Source of the DNA: Nanobdellota archaeon
GTDB lineage: Archaea > Nanobdellota > Nanobdellia > Woesearchaeales > JAHWHD01
Length of the DNA: 46,830 nucleotides
Reading direction: 5' to 3'
Assembly (NCBI GenBank): GCA_034722435.1
Contig: JAYENX010000010.1
Coordinates: forward strand, 1 to 46,830
Each line of letters opens with the position of its first letter. Positions within the stretch are counted from its first letter, which is position 1. Under the pieces are notes generated by a model. That model made no database searches and was not told the origin of the DNA. It saw only the letters and a list, made by a program, of their open reading frames with translations. Shown here one piece after another: positions 1-8,768 of this stretch. The position numbers and the translations under genes are program-made.

Positions 1-62
1 AGAATTTAAATATATCTTCTGATATCTATAAATTTATAAACTTAGTTTTTTTTGTTTTTATT

Positions 63-329
63 ATGTCGTATGAAATATGTGAAGAACAAGTAAAAGTAAT
101 TATTGATGAGATAAAGGAAACGCTTGAGAGTCATCCTCGGTATGGTTCTTGCATTTCTGAAGTTATAGCTGATGATTCTTCACAGGGTTTGAAAGATTTG
201 CATGTAAGGGTTGTAACTAATTTTGAAGATTGTTCAGACAGGCGCGCGTTAGGAGAAGTTCTTAAAAGAATTTCTAGTGATTATTTGAGTATGGACCAAG
301 TGGTACATTTTCATCAATATAGATCTTAA
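63..329 (+). CDS. Hypothetical protein (88 aa)
   Basis: ATG-initiated ORF ~24 nt after a TTTATAAA box (35-42); no family confidently recognised. Confidence 0.55.
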   Translation: MSYEICEEQVKVIIDEIKETLESHPRYGSCISEVIADDSSQGLKDLHVRVVTNFEDCSDRRALGEVLKRISSDYLSMDQVVHFHQYRS

Positions 330-384
330 ATTTTGTGTTTGAAGTGCAAAACCTTATAAACCTTGATTCTATAAATTGTGTATT

Positions 385-1572
385 ATGCTTAAAAAAGAGG
401 TTCGGAGTAGGCTTTTGAAGAGAGCTGAGGATCACATTTTTTCTACAGGTGTTGAGGATGCAGCAACAAGTCTTAGCAGAGCTAATATGAAATATGGGAT
501 TGCTAAAATGCATTTAGTACAGAAACATTTTGGTATTAAACAGGATGCTACTTTTTTATCTTCGCCTGACGAAACTTGTACGCGAAATGTTTCAAGATGG
601 AACCAGGGAATAAGTTATGGAGGAAGAATTTCTTGGGGTTCTGGCAAGGATAAACTTGTGGTGCTTGATGTTAAACCGAATGCTTGCGGTATGTTGGTTG
701 GAGGTTTAAGTAAATTACCTAAACCGAAACAGGTTATTAAAGATGTATTAGCATTGAAAAATGCTGATGATCATATCAAAGGTATTAAGGTTCAATGGGA
801 TTTTTGGAAAGGGAACCATTTTATTGATGTGTTTGAGGTTGAAGGAAAAGGGATGTCTGAATACGCTGTTATAATGCATGCAGGTTGTCCTGAGTTTAAA
901 TCTGATAATGATAAATGTTCTGGTCTTTATTTTAATGAGAGTAAGATTTTACAGGAACGTTATGAAGTTGTAAAGACTCCTTTTGGTAATTCGTATATTT
1001 TAACAGATAATAATGCGCGTGATTATCTTAAATCTTATAATTTTGCTGATGATTTTGCAAAAAAAAGACGAGAGTTAGCTTTCAAAAAAATATTTGGAGG
1101 GAAAGTTATCTGTAATAGGACTCATCAGGGTATGGTTAATATGAACGAGATTATGCTTGGTTGTCATGTGATGAAAGATTTTGGTTTATACCCTGTATCA
1201 ATAAAAGCTGATCTTCCTAGTTATATTATGAAAGGTAAAAAGAATCTTAAGAAAGATATTATTGAAGATCTTGGTTTTGCTAAGAGAGCTCATAAGTTCG
1301 GGGTATATAATCGGTTAAAGAATGCTAATATACTTCCGCATGGTGGAGGGTATCTTCTATCAGATTCTTTAGCGGTTGATAAAGTGTTTGAGGTTAACGG
1401 AAAAAGATATTTTGAGATTGATCTTCTTGATGGTATGGGGAAAAAAATTGTTTCAGATATACGTGAGTTGCAGTTTGCTTATCGAAGCAGAGAAGTTGTA
1501 CATAAAACTCTTGAGCTCGGTATGGGAGAGGTTAGAGCAACGCTTAAACCTGTTTATACTGTTAAGATTTAG
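385..1572 (+). CDS. Divergent RtcB-family (RNA ligase-like) protein
   Basis: RtcB-like motifs in canonical order: PD, NACGM, GNHF, MHAG, THQ, PHGGG, AYR, C-terminal LKPVYTVK. ATG at 385 preferred over TTG at 376. Confidence 0.7.
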   Translation: MLKKEVRSRLLKRAEDHIFSTGVEDAATSLSRANMKYGIAKMHLVQKHFGIKQDATFLSSPDETCTRNVSRWNQGISYGGRISWGSGKDKLVVLDVKPNACGMLVGGLSKLPKPKQVIKDVLALKNADDHIKGIKVQWDFWKGNHFIDVFEVEGKGMSEYAVIMHAGCPEFKSDNDKCSGLYFNESKILQERYEVVKTPFGNSYILTDNNARDYLKSYNFADDFAKKRRELAFKKIFGGKVICNRTHQGMVNMNEIMLGCHVMKDFGLYPVSIKADLPSYIMKGKKNLKKDIIEDLGFAKRAHKFGVYNRLKNANILPHGGGYLLSDSLAVDKVFEVNGKRYFEIDLLDGMGKKIVSDIRELQFAYRSREVVHKTLELGMGEVRATLKPVYTVKI

Positions 1573-1611
1573 AAAGATATTTATATTGTTATTATCATCC
1601 TTTTTCTTAAA

Positions 1612-2685
1612 ATGAAAGAACAAATAATTGAACTAGCTAAAAAATTAATATTGTTTAAGTCTACAGTTGATAATCCTGAAGAGAAACAGAATATTATAGA
1701 TTTTGTAATTGAATACTTAAAAAATTATGATGTTAAAACTGAAAAGCTTGAGTTTGAAGGTGTACCTTCTTTAGTTGTTACGTTTGATGGTGAGAAAAAG
1801 CAGAAAGTTTGGATGAACGGACATATAGATGTTGTACCTGCAGATGATGATATGTATGAAGCTTTTGAGAAAGATGGTAGGTTGTATGGTAGAGGCGCTC
1901 TTGATATGAAAACTAACGCTGCTGCTTCTATCATGTTAATGGTTGAATTTTCTAAAATGGAAAAAAAGCCTTCAGTTGGACTTATGCTTGTGACTGATGA
2001 AGAGATTGGTGGTTTTAATGGTAGCAAGAAATTGATGGAAGCAGGGTATACTGGTGATTTTTTAATATGTTGTGAACCTACTAGTTTAGATGTAAAGAAT
2101 AAAGCTAAAGGAATTTTTGGTGTTGAATTAGTAGCTAAAGGTAAATCTGCGCATGGTGCGTATCCTTGGGATGGCGAGAATGCTATCTATAATTTTTATC
2201 CTGAGTTTGAAAAAGTGAAAAAAATGTTTACAGATCCTATGACTCTTAATGTTGATGTGTGGGATACGACGTATAGCTTGAATAGGCTTAACTCTGGTAC
2301 TGCGAATAATAAAGTTCCTGATGAGTGTAAAGGCTATGTAGATATTCGGTACACTGATAAGTTTGATAAGGAACAGTTTATTGAAAAAGTTAAAGCAGAG
2401 ACTAAGTTTGAAGTTAAGGTTGTAATGGATGCGCCTATGTTTTTTACTGACCAGTCTAATCCTATGTTTATGAAGTTTATCGAGATTGCTAGAAAACATA
2501 ATCCTGAGCTTAAGATTAAGCATGGTAATGGTGCTTCGGATACTCGTTTTTTTAGTGAAGCAGGATTAGCTGCTACAGAGTTTGGTGGTACTGGGGAAGG
2601 TATGCATTCTGAAAATGAATATATCGAGATTAATTCAGTGCTCAAGTCTTATGAAGTGTGGAAAGAGTTTATTTTGAGTAGTTAA
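1612..2685 (+). CDS. M20 family metallopeptidase (ArgE/DapE-like)
   Basis: NGHIDVVP, GRGALDMK, TDEEIGG, EPT, SAHG and HSENE motifs. Confidence 0.9.
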   Translation: MKEQIIELAKKLILFKSTVDNPEEKQNIIDFVIEYLKNYDVKTEKLEFEGVPSLVVTFDGEKKQKVWMNGHIDVVPADDDMYEAFEKDGRLYGRGALDMKTNAAASIMLMVEFSKMEKKPSVGLMLVTDEEIGGFNGSKKLMEAGYTGDFLICCEPTSLDVKNKAKGIFGVELVAKGKSAHGAYPWDGENAIYNFYPEFEKVKKMFTDPMTLNVDVWDTTYSLNRLNSGTANNKVPDECKGYVDIRYTDKFDKEQFIEKVKAETKFEVKVVMDAPMFFTDQSNPMFMKFIEIARKHNPELKIKHGNGASDTRFFSEAGLAATEFGGTGEGMHSENEYIEINSVLKSYEVWKEFILSS

Positions 2686-3584
2686 TTTGTTTTTTCTAAT
2701 TTAGTTAGAATTATAGGAGTATCATCAACATAGATAGTGTGCTCTGCTTGTGATACTAAACCATTTCTTGCTTCTACAAGAGGTTTGTATTCATGCATAA
2801 TGCCTAATTGGCTGAATTGTTTTAAAGCGAAAGATATTTGACCTTCTGAAAATTTTTTGCTTAGTTGAAGTTTTGAGAATGGTAAAGTAAGGAAAGTGTC
2901 GCCAATGTATTTCATTACGTTTCTGACAAATGTTACTCTTACAGATTTGAAACCCATCATTGAGAAAATTTCTGCAACGCCTTTATCTTGGATTAGACCG
3001 ATACCGTTAGTTGCGAATGGTTCAATTGCAATAATTTGACCTTTTTCTAATTTTGTATCATCACCAGTGTCAAAGTTAGGTATTTGTGGTTCTGCGTGTG
3101 ATCTATATTCACCAAGGCCGTGCCCTGATAGATTTCTAACAGGTTTAAATCCTGCTTTAGTGATTGTGTCTTCGATAGCTTTTCCAATTTGGCCTAAAGT
3201 GACTCCAGGTTTTATTATTTTGATTGCTGCTTGTAAAGCGTCTTCTGAAGCTTTTACAAGATCTGCATTTTTGCCTGATAAATCAATTGTGCAGGCTGTA
3301 TCTCCTATGTATCCATCGACGTGAGCGCCAACATCTAATTTTATTATTTCATCATTTAATTTAAGTTCGTCATTAATTTTAGCTGAATAATGTGCAGCTG
3401 TATCGTTAAGAGAAATGTTAACAGGGAAAGCTAGTTTGCCTCCTAGTTCTTCAATTTTAGCAGTTATTTTTTGAGTAACGTCAAGTACACTTGCACCTTT
3501 TTTAATTAAGGATTTACCATATTGTAGTGCTTCTGCAGCTATCTGGCCGGCTTTTTTATATTTATCAAGGATTTCAGTTTCCAT
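2682..3584 (-). CDS. map: Methionine aminopeptidase type II
   Basis: AFPVNIS, AAHYS, KLDVGAHVDGYIGDTA, NLSGHG, AIEPF, QAEHT. Confidence 0.95.
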   Translation of the reverse strand: METEILDKYKKAGQIAAEALQYGKSLIKKGASVLDVTQKITAKIEELGGKLAFPVNISLNDTAAHYSAKINDELKLNDEIIKLDVGAHVDGYIGDTACTIDLSGKNADLVKASEDALQAAIKIIKPGVTLGQIGKAIEDTITKAGFKPVRNLSGHGLGEYRSHAEPQIPNFDTGDDTKLEKGQIIAIEPFATNGIGLIQDKGVAEIFSMMGFKSVRVTFVRNVMKYIGDTFLTLPFSKLQLSKKFSEGQISFALKQFSQLGIMHEYKPLVEARNGLVSQAEHTIYVDDTPIILTKLEKTN

Positions 3585-3620
3585 AGATAAGAAGTTTTAA
3601 GTTATGTTATTTAAAGTTTG

Positions 3621-4106
3621 TTAATATAGAACTCCGACAACAATGCCGTGTATCTGTTCAAATCTTACTTTTTCAGGGTCTCTTATTAAGTTGTTATCTC
3701 CTTTAGTGTAAAAGTATGCCCCTTCTTTATCTTCACCTATATCAATTACTCTGTGTATGATTATGCCGTCCATGAAATTGGATTTGTAAGATATGATGTC
3801 GCCAATATGTACTTGGTTAATTGATTTTGGTTTTATCTCTATACTATTAGCGCCTATGTCAATAATTGGGTCCATAGAGTTAGTATCGGTGAACCTTGCC
3901 CAGGTTGCATTGTCGATAGTTATGATTATTTTATCGTTATAAACTTTAATCTGGTCTTGACTTATATGATCGTAAGGAGATATTTTTTCAGCTTTTATAA
4001 TTGAAGATGGTTTTTCGTACTCTCCTGAGTATTGCGAGTATACATTTCCAACTAATATGCTGAAAATGAAAATAAGAATTGTAATTATGGCTATTTTCTT
4101 TAACAT
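3621..4106 (-). CDS. Signal peptidase I, archaeal/ER (Sec11, S26) type
   Basis: N-terminal hydrophobic anchor, NSMDP (catalytic Ser), GDII, IIHRV (His), TKGDNN. Start moved to ATG 4106 (MLKKIAII). Confidence 0.8.
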   Translation of the reverse strand: MLKKIAIITILIFIFSILVGNVYSQYSGEYEKPSSIIKAEKISPYDHISQDQIKVYNDKIIITIDNATWARFTDTNSMDPIIDIGANSIEIKPKSINQVHIGDIISYKSNFMDGIIIHRVIDIGEDKEGAYFYTKGDNNLIRDPEKVRFEQIHGIVVGVLY

Positions 4107-4236
4107 ATATGTATTTAGATGTGTGGGTTTATAAATGTTTGCTTTTGTAGTCCCTCTGAAGTAGTGCTTCGAGTTATCTTTATAAAGGTCTGTATTTGTT
4201 ATATTCATCTATGAAATATGTTATATTAGGTGAAAA

Positions 4237-4728
4237 ATGTTTTTAGGAATTTATGATTGTTTTGATTGTGAAGTTCCTGAGATTATTTTGGAACAACTTG
4301 CTCTTTTTACTGAATTATGTTATTTACGTAATAATGATGGTTCTTATCTTACTGAAGTTATTGATGAAGTTCTTCCTCAAAATATTGATATGGATTTTCT
4401 TCATGCGAAACATGATGAGAATAGTATATTTCTTTATAATCAAAATGTTATTTCTGCATTAAGGTTACAAGAACGTTCAACATTTAGAATTAATCCTATC
4501 TATGTTCATCCTGATGCTCAAGGGCAAGGACTTGGAACTTATGTTGTGAAATTATGGGAAAAGATTGCAAAAGGGTTAGGTGGAGAAAAAATAGTTATAC
4601 AGAGTTCTTTGTTTAAGGAAACTTTATATTTTTGGCATAAATCAGGTTATCGAGATACTAGAATTAAAACTTCAGAATTAGATTCTGGATTACCTTTTAG
4701 TGTGCAGCACATGGAAATAATTTTGTGA
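4237..4728 (+). CDS. GNAT family N-acetyltransferase
   Basis: Motif A IYVHPDAQGQGLG; FWHKSGY C-terminal motif. Confidence 0.8.
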   Translation: MFLGIYDCFDCEVPEIILEQLALFTELCYLRNNDGSYLTEVIDEVLPQNIDMDFLHAKHDENSIFLYNQNVISALRLQERSTFRINPIYVHPDAQGQGLGTYVVKLWEKIAKGLGGEKIVIQSSLFKETLYFWHKSGYRDTRIKTSELDSGLPFSVQHMEIIL

Positions 4729-4807
4729 AATATTTATTTTTAGATTATATCCTGTTTGATGTATATTAAATAAATTTATATACTTTTTAATTTATAATTT
4801 TAGTAGT

Positions 4808-5170
4808 ATGTTAAAAATTCAGAAAAAACGAAATATCTTGTTAACAGTTTGGTTAATAATTATGTTGATTGGAAATACATTAGCAGTACTTTCTTATTTA
4901 TTGTTGAATTCTACAATTGCTTCACAATATTCAAATGTTCCATCGTGGATCTTTTATATTTATGGGATGTTGTCTTTAGCAAATTTAGTATTTGTAATAT
5001 TTTTGTTTAAGTGGAAAAAATGGGCATTTTATGCATTTTGTGGAAGTGCGATTTTTGCATTTATTATGAATCTCTTTATAGGTGTAGGAATATTTGCTGC
5101 AATTGTTGGACTTGTAGGACCTGTTATATTGTATTTAGTAATGAAAACTCAATGGGATTTATTTGAGTAA
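4808..5170 (+). CDS. Small integral membrane protein (about 4 TM)
   Basis: Four hydrophobic segments; upstream TTTATATA box. Confidence 0.7.
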   Translation: MLKIQKKRNILLTVWLIIMLIGNTLAVLSYLLLNSTIASQYSNVPSWIFYIYGMLSLANLVFVIFLFKWKKWAFYAFCGSAIFAFIMNLFIGVGIFAAIVGLVGPVILYLVMKTQWDLFE

Positions 5171-5223
5171 TCTTTTATTGTATTGATTATTCCTTTAAGT
5201 AAAAATGCAAATAAAAGCAAAAC

Positions 5224-5231
5224 TTTATATA
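5224..5231 (+). promoter_or_regulatory. TATA box of the DUF134 operon
   Basis: TTTATATA preceded by A-rich BRE-like sequence, 24 nt before ATG 5256. Confidence 0.65.
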
Positions 5232-5238
5232 TGCTGTT

Positions 5239-5254
5239 ATGCATTATAATGCAT
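5239..5254. promoter_or_regulatory. Perfect 16-bp palindrome ATGCATTATAATGCAT, candidate operator
   Basis: Self-complementary; lies between TATA and start codon; related palindrome at the second DUF134 locus. Confidence 0.65.
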
Positions 5255-5255
5255 T

Positions 5256-5738
5256 ATGGTTAGGCCTCGAAAAGTTAAACTTGTAAACTTTGAACCTGGT
5301 GCAACTTATTTTAAACCAAGAGCTGTGCCTTTAACTCAGCTTGAAGAGGTTGAATTAACTATTGATGAACTAGAAACTTTAAGATTATCAAATATTGAAA
5401 AATTAAGTCAGGTTGATGCTGCAAAGAAGATGCAAGTACATCAATCAACTTTTCAAAGAACTTTGGTTAGAGCAAGAGAAAAAATAACTGATGCTTTAGT
5501 CAATGGAAAGGCAATAAAAATTCATGGAGGCGAATATAAAATGCCAGGTGGAGATGGAACAGGACCATTAGGTCAAGGAAGAGGTGCGGGTCGAGGTTTT
5601 GGAAGAGGAAATCAAAATGCAGGACCTGTTGGGACATGTGTATGTCCGAAATGTGGATATGAACAAGTTCATGTAAGGGGACAAGTTTGTAATAAAATAA
5701 AATGTTCAAAATGTGGAACGTTAATGACGCGAAAATGA
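5256..5738 (+). CDS. DUF134 DNA-binding protein fused to a DUF5320-like Gly-rich segment and a C-terminal zinc ribbon
   Basis: MVRPRK..YFKP..ELETLRL..AAKKMQVHQSTFQRTL (DUF134), then MPGGDGTGP-GRG repeats, then CVCPKCG..C..KCSKCG. Confidence 0.85.
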   Translation: MVRPRKVKLVNFEPGATYFKPRAVPLTQLEEVELTIDELETLRLSNIEKLSQVDAAKKMQVHQSTFQRTLVRAREKITDALVNGKAIKIHGGEYKMPGGDGTGPLGQGRGAGRGFGRGNQNAGPVGTCVCPKCGYEQVHVRGQVCNKIKCSKCGTLMTRK

Positions 5739-5760
5739 TGCGAAAATAATTTGAGGTATA

Positions 5761-6501
5761 ATGAAAATGAAAATAGCAATATCATGTCAAGAAGATAATA
5801 TTAAAAGTATGGTTGATCAACGATTTGGAAGATGTAAATATTTTCTTATTGTTGATGTGGATAATAATAAAGTGATTAAAACTGAGGCTGTTTTGAATCA
5901 AGGAGCTCAGCAAGGTCATGGTGCAGGTATAAGGGCTGCTGAACAGGTTGGAGAGTTAGGCGTTACTGTAGTTGTAACTGGAGATCTTGGACCTAATGCA
6001 ACTAATGTTTTAGGTAAATTGGGAATTAAATCTTATCATGCGTCCGGAAAAGCAGAAGATGTAGTTAATGATTTTATCAATAATCAACTTAAAGAAATAA
6101 ATGAAGTTTCAGAACCTCATCCTGAGAATAAAGAGCCTAAAATTGAGAGTGGTGAGAGAATATTTTTTCCTTTATTGGATGATGATGGCGAGAATTCTAA
6201 GATTAGTGAACATTTTGGTCATGCGCCTTTCTTTGGACTTTATGATGTGGAAACGAAAGAGTTGAAAATAATTAAAAACGATTTAGATCATACTGACCCT
6301 AATAAGTCGCCGATTGATCAAATTGAAGAAGCTGTGAATCCTACTACTATTTTTGCAAAAGGTATTGGTGGGAGAGCGATAGGGATAATTGCTCAGAAAG
6401 GTTTAAAATTGAAAACAGGGAATTATCCAACAGTGAAAGATGTTCTTGACAATTTGGATAAATTAGATGAACAAACTCAGAGTTGTGGTCATGAACATTA
6501 G
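5761..6501 (+). CDS. Tandem NifB/NifX (dinitrogenase FeMo-cofactor biosynthesis-like) domain protein
   Basis: Two NifX-like domains: RFGRCKYFLIVD..GAGIRAA..G.LGPNA and HFGHAPFFGLYD..GIGGRA; His-rich C-terminus. Confidence 0.85.
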   Translation: MKMKIAISCQEDNIKSMVDQRFGRCKYFLIVDVDNNKVIKTEAVLNQGAQQGHGAGIRAAEQVGELGVTVVVTGDLGPNATNVLGKLGIKSYHASGKAEDVVNDFINNQLKEINEVSEPHPENKEPKIESGERIFFPLLDDDGENSKISEHFGHAPFFGLYDVETKELKIIKNDLDHTDPNKSPIDQIEEAVNPTTIFAKGIGGRAIGIIAQKGLKLKTGNYPTVKDVLDNLDKLDEQTQSCGHEH

Positions 6502-6534
6502 AAGAGTTTTTGATAACTTTTAAGATTGTGAAAA

Positions 6535-7365
6535 ATGGTAAATATAATTGCTATAACAGGAGGTAAAGGAGGGACTGGAAAATCAACTGTAGCTACTGCT
6601 TTAGCTTATGAATTGTCTAAGAGTAGTAAAGTTCTTTTAGTTGATGCTGATGTTGATTGTCCTAATGATCATTTACTTCTTAACATTGAAAGAAAGCAAT
6701 TAAAAAATGTTTTTCAAAGAATTCCTGAATTTGACATGGATAAATGTTCTAAATGTGGGAAGTGTGGTGCAGTATGTAGAACGAAAGCTATTATTTCGTT
6801 AAAGGATAAAGAACCTATATTTCTTTCTGAACAGTGTAATGGGTGTGGTTCTTGTAAAATAGTTTGTCCTGATGATGCTATTAGTTGGAATGAGAAGGAG
6901 ATTGGGAAAATTTATATCGGGAAACGAGATAATCTTAGTTTACTTTCTGGAGAATTAAAATCTAATCAACCTGTATCTGAGTTTATAGTTAATCATCTTA
7001 ATGAGGAGATAGAAAAACATGATCAAGAATATGATTATATTATTGTTGATACTGCAGCAGGAACTCATTGTCCAGTGATTGCTGCTTTTGAAAAAGCGGA
7101 TCAAATCATTGCGGTAACAGAACCTACGCCGTTAGGAGCGCATGATCTTGAAGTTATACTTGAAGTGTTGAATAAGATAAAGAAACAGGGAACTATTATA
7201 GTTAATAGGTCAGATATCGGTGATATTAATAAAATTAAAGAAGTTTCTTTGAAACATAGTGCAAAGATAGTTTTTGAAATTCCTTACTCTAAAGATATTG
7301 TAGATGCGTATTCTAAAGGAGAACCTATTTTTATTTTAAACATAACTTCGATGGTGAATAAATGA
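6535..7365 (+). CDS. MinD-superfamily P-loop ATPase with inserted 2x[4Fe-4S] ferredoxin (COG1149-like), copy 1
   Basis: GGKGGTGKST, DADVDCPN, CSKCGKCGAVC, CNGCGSCKIVCP, DTAAGTHCP, VTEPTP. Confidence 0.9.
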   Translation: MVNIIAITGGKGGTGKSTVATALAYELSKSSKVLLVDADVDCPNDHLLLNIERKQLKNVFQRIPEFDMDKCSKCGKCGAVCRTKAIISLKDKEPIFLSEQCNGCGSCKIVCPDDAISWNEKEIGKIYIGKRDNLSLLSGELKSNQPVSEFIVNHLNEEIEKHDQEYDYIIVDTAAGTHCPVIAAFEKADQIIAVTEPTPLGAHDLEVILEVLNKIKKQGTIIVNRSDIGDINKIKEVSLKHSAKIVFEIPYSKDIVDAYSKGEPIFILNITSMVNK

Positions 7366-7784
7366 AACATATAGGAATTATTCATACGGAATTTAAAGTT
7401 AAAAAGAATACGCCAATTCAATCTAAATTTTCAAGTTCTAAAGCGACAATAACCATCTTCTCTGAATATGAAGAGGGATTAAAAGATCTTGATACATTTT
7501 CACATGTAATTTTAATTTTTGAATTACATGAAAGTAAAGGTTATAATTTGTTAATAGAACCTTATTGGGGTAAAATAAAAAGGGGAATTTTTGCAACGAG
7601 GTCTCCTAATAGGCCTAATCCTATTGGAGTTTCAATAGTTAAATTAGATAAAATACAAAAAAATATTTTATATGTTTCGAATGTTGATATGTTGGATGAT
7701 ACTCCGTTATTAGATATAAAACCTTACATTAAAGATTTTTGTCCAAAGAAATCTACTAATGGTTGGGCAGAGGGCGAAATATAA
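7362..7784 (+). CDS. tsaA: tRNA m6t6A37 methyltransferase TrmO/TsaA (stand-alone SAM-binding beta-barrel)
   Basis: IGIIHT..P.Q, GLKDLDTFSH, RGIFATRSPNRPNPIG, DMLDDTPLLDIKPY. Confidence 0.88.
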   Translation: MKHIGIIHTEFKVKKNTPIQSKFSSSKATITIFSEYEEGLKDLDTFSHVILIFELHESKGYNLLIEPYWGKIKRGIFATRSPNRPNPIGVSIVKLDKIQKNILYVSNVDMLDDTPLLDIKPYIKDFCPKKSTNGWAEGEI

Positions 7785-8662
7785 TGAAATCTATAGTTAT
7801 CTTATCAGGAAAAGGTGGAGTGGGTAAGAGTAGTATATCTGCATCTTTAGCAGTATCCTTTTCAAAGGATTATAAAATTGTGTGTGCTGATTGTGATGTC
7901 GATGCTTCAAATTTAGCACTTTTATTTTCATTGTCGATTGATAAATATATGGAATGGAAACCATTATCTACAAATCAAATTGCTGTAGTTGATAAGGATA
8001 AATGTATCAGTTGCGGTAAGTGTATTGAAACTTGTTATTTCCGTGCTTTAGAGTTTAAAGGGAAGTTTCCTGGAGTTAATGAATTTGGTTGTGAAGGTTG
8101 TGGTGCTTGTGAACTTATTTGTCCGGTTGATGCTATAACATTGCAAGATATTGATAATGCACATATTGGATACGCGAAAACTGATTACGGTTTTTCTATT
8201 GCTTCTGCTCAACTTTCGCCAGGGAATTCGGGATCAGGGAAGGTTGTTTCTGAGGTTAGAAAGAAAGCTAATGAGATATCTGAAAATGTGGAATATATGA
8301 TTATTGATTCTGCTGCAGGTATTGGATGTCCTGTCATTGCTTCAGTTACTGGTACTGATTATGCGATTATTGTTACAGAACCAACACCTTCGGGGTTTTC
8401 GGATATGAAAAGAGCTTTAGATGTTGTGAATCATTTCAGAATTAAATGTGGAATTATCCTAAATAAATTTGACTTAAATCTAGATTTTACTAAGAAGATT
8501 GAATCTTTTGCAGAAGAAAAGGGTATGACGATAATTGAAAAGATTCCTTTTGATAAAATGTTTGTTAAAGCAATGACTGAGATGGTTCCAATAATTGATT
8601 TTGATAATAAGTATAAGAAAATGTTTGATGGGATGAAAAATAAAGTAATTGAAGAACTTTGA
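7784..8662 (+). CDS. MinD-superfamily P-loop ATPase with inserted ferredoxin (COG1149-like), copy 2
   Basis: SGKGGVGKSS, DCDVDASN, CISCGKCIETC, CEGCGACELICP, DSAAGIGCP, VTEPTPSG. ATG 7784 overlaps the tsaA stop. Confidence 0.9.
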   Translation: MKSIVILSGKGGVGKSSISASLAVSFSKDYKIVCADCDVDASNLALLFSLSIDKYMEWKPLSTNQIAVVDKDKCISCGKCIETCYFRALEFKGKFPGVNEFGCEGCGACELICPVDAITLQDIDNAHIGYAKTDYGFSIASAQLSPGNSGSGKVVSEVRKKANEISENVEYMIIDSAAGIGCPVIASVTGTDYAIIVTEPTPSGFSDMKRALDVVNHFRIKCGIILNKFDLNLDFTKKIESFAEEKGMTIIEKIPFDKMFVKAMTEMVPIIDFDNKYKKMFDGMKNKVIEEL

Positions 8663-8768
8663 GATAATATTTGCGCGAGATTATTTGATTGTTTTGAAAT
8701 TTTTGTATGTTGTCTTTCTTCTTAAAAAAGAATATCTTTATAACAAAAACAGATTTTTTATGTATATA

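Noticed and set aside
8649-8768. N-terminal extension of the first DEAD-box ORF given in the track
   Set aside because: It overlaps the ATPase stop and crosses an AT-rich promoter-like stretch; helicase homology (Q-motif region) starts at ATG 8769
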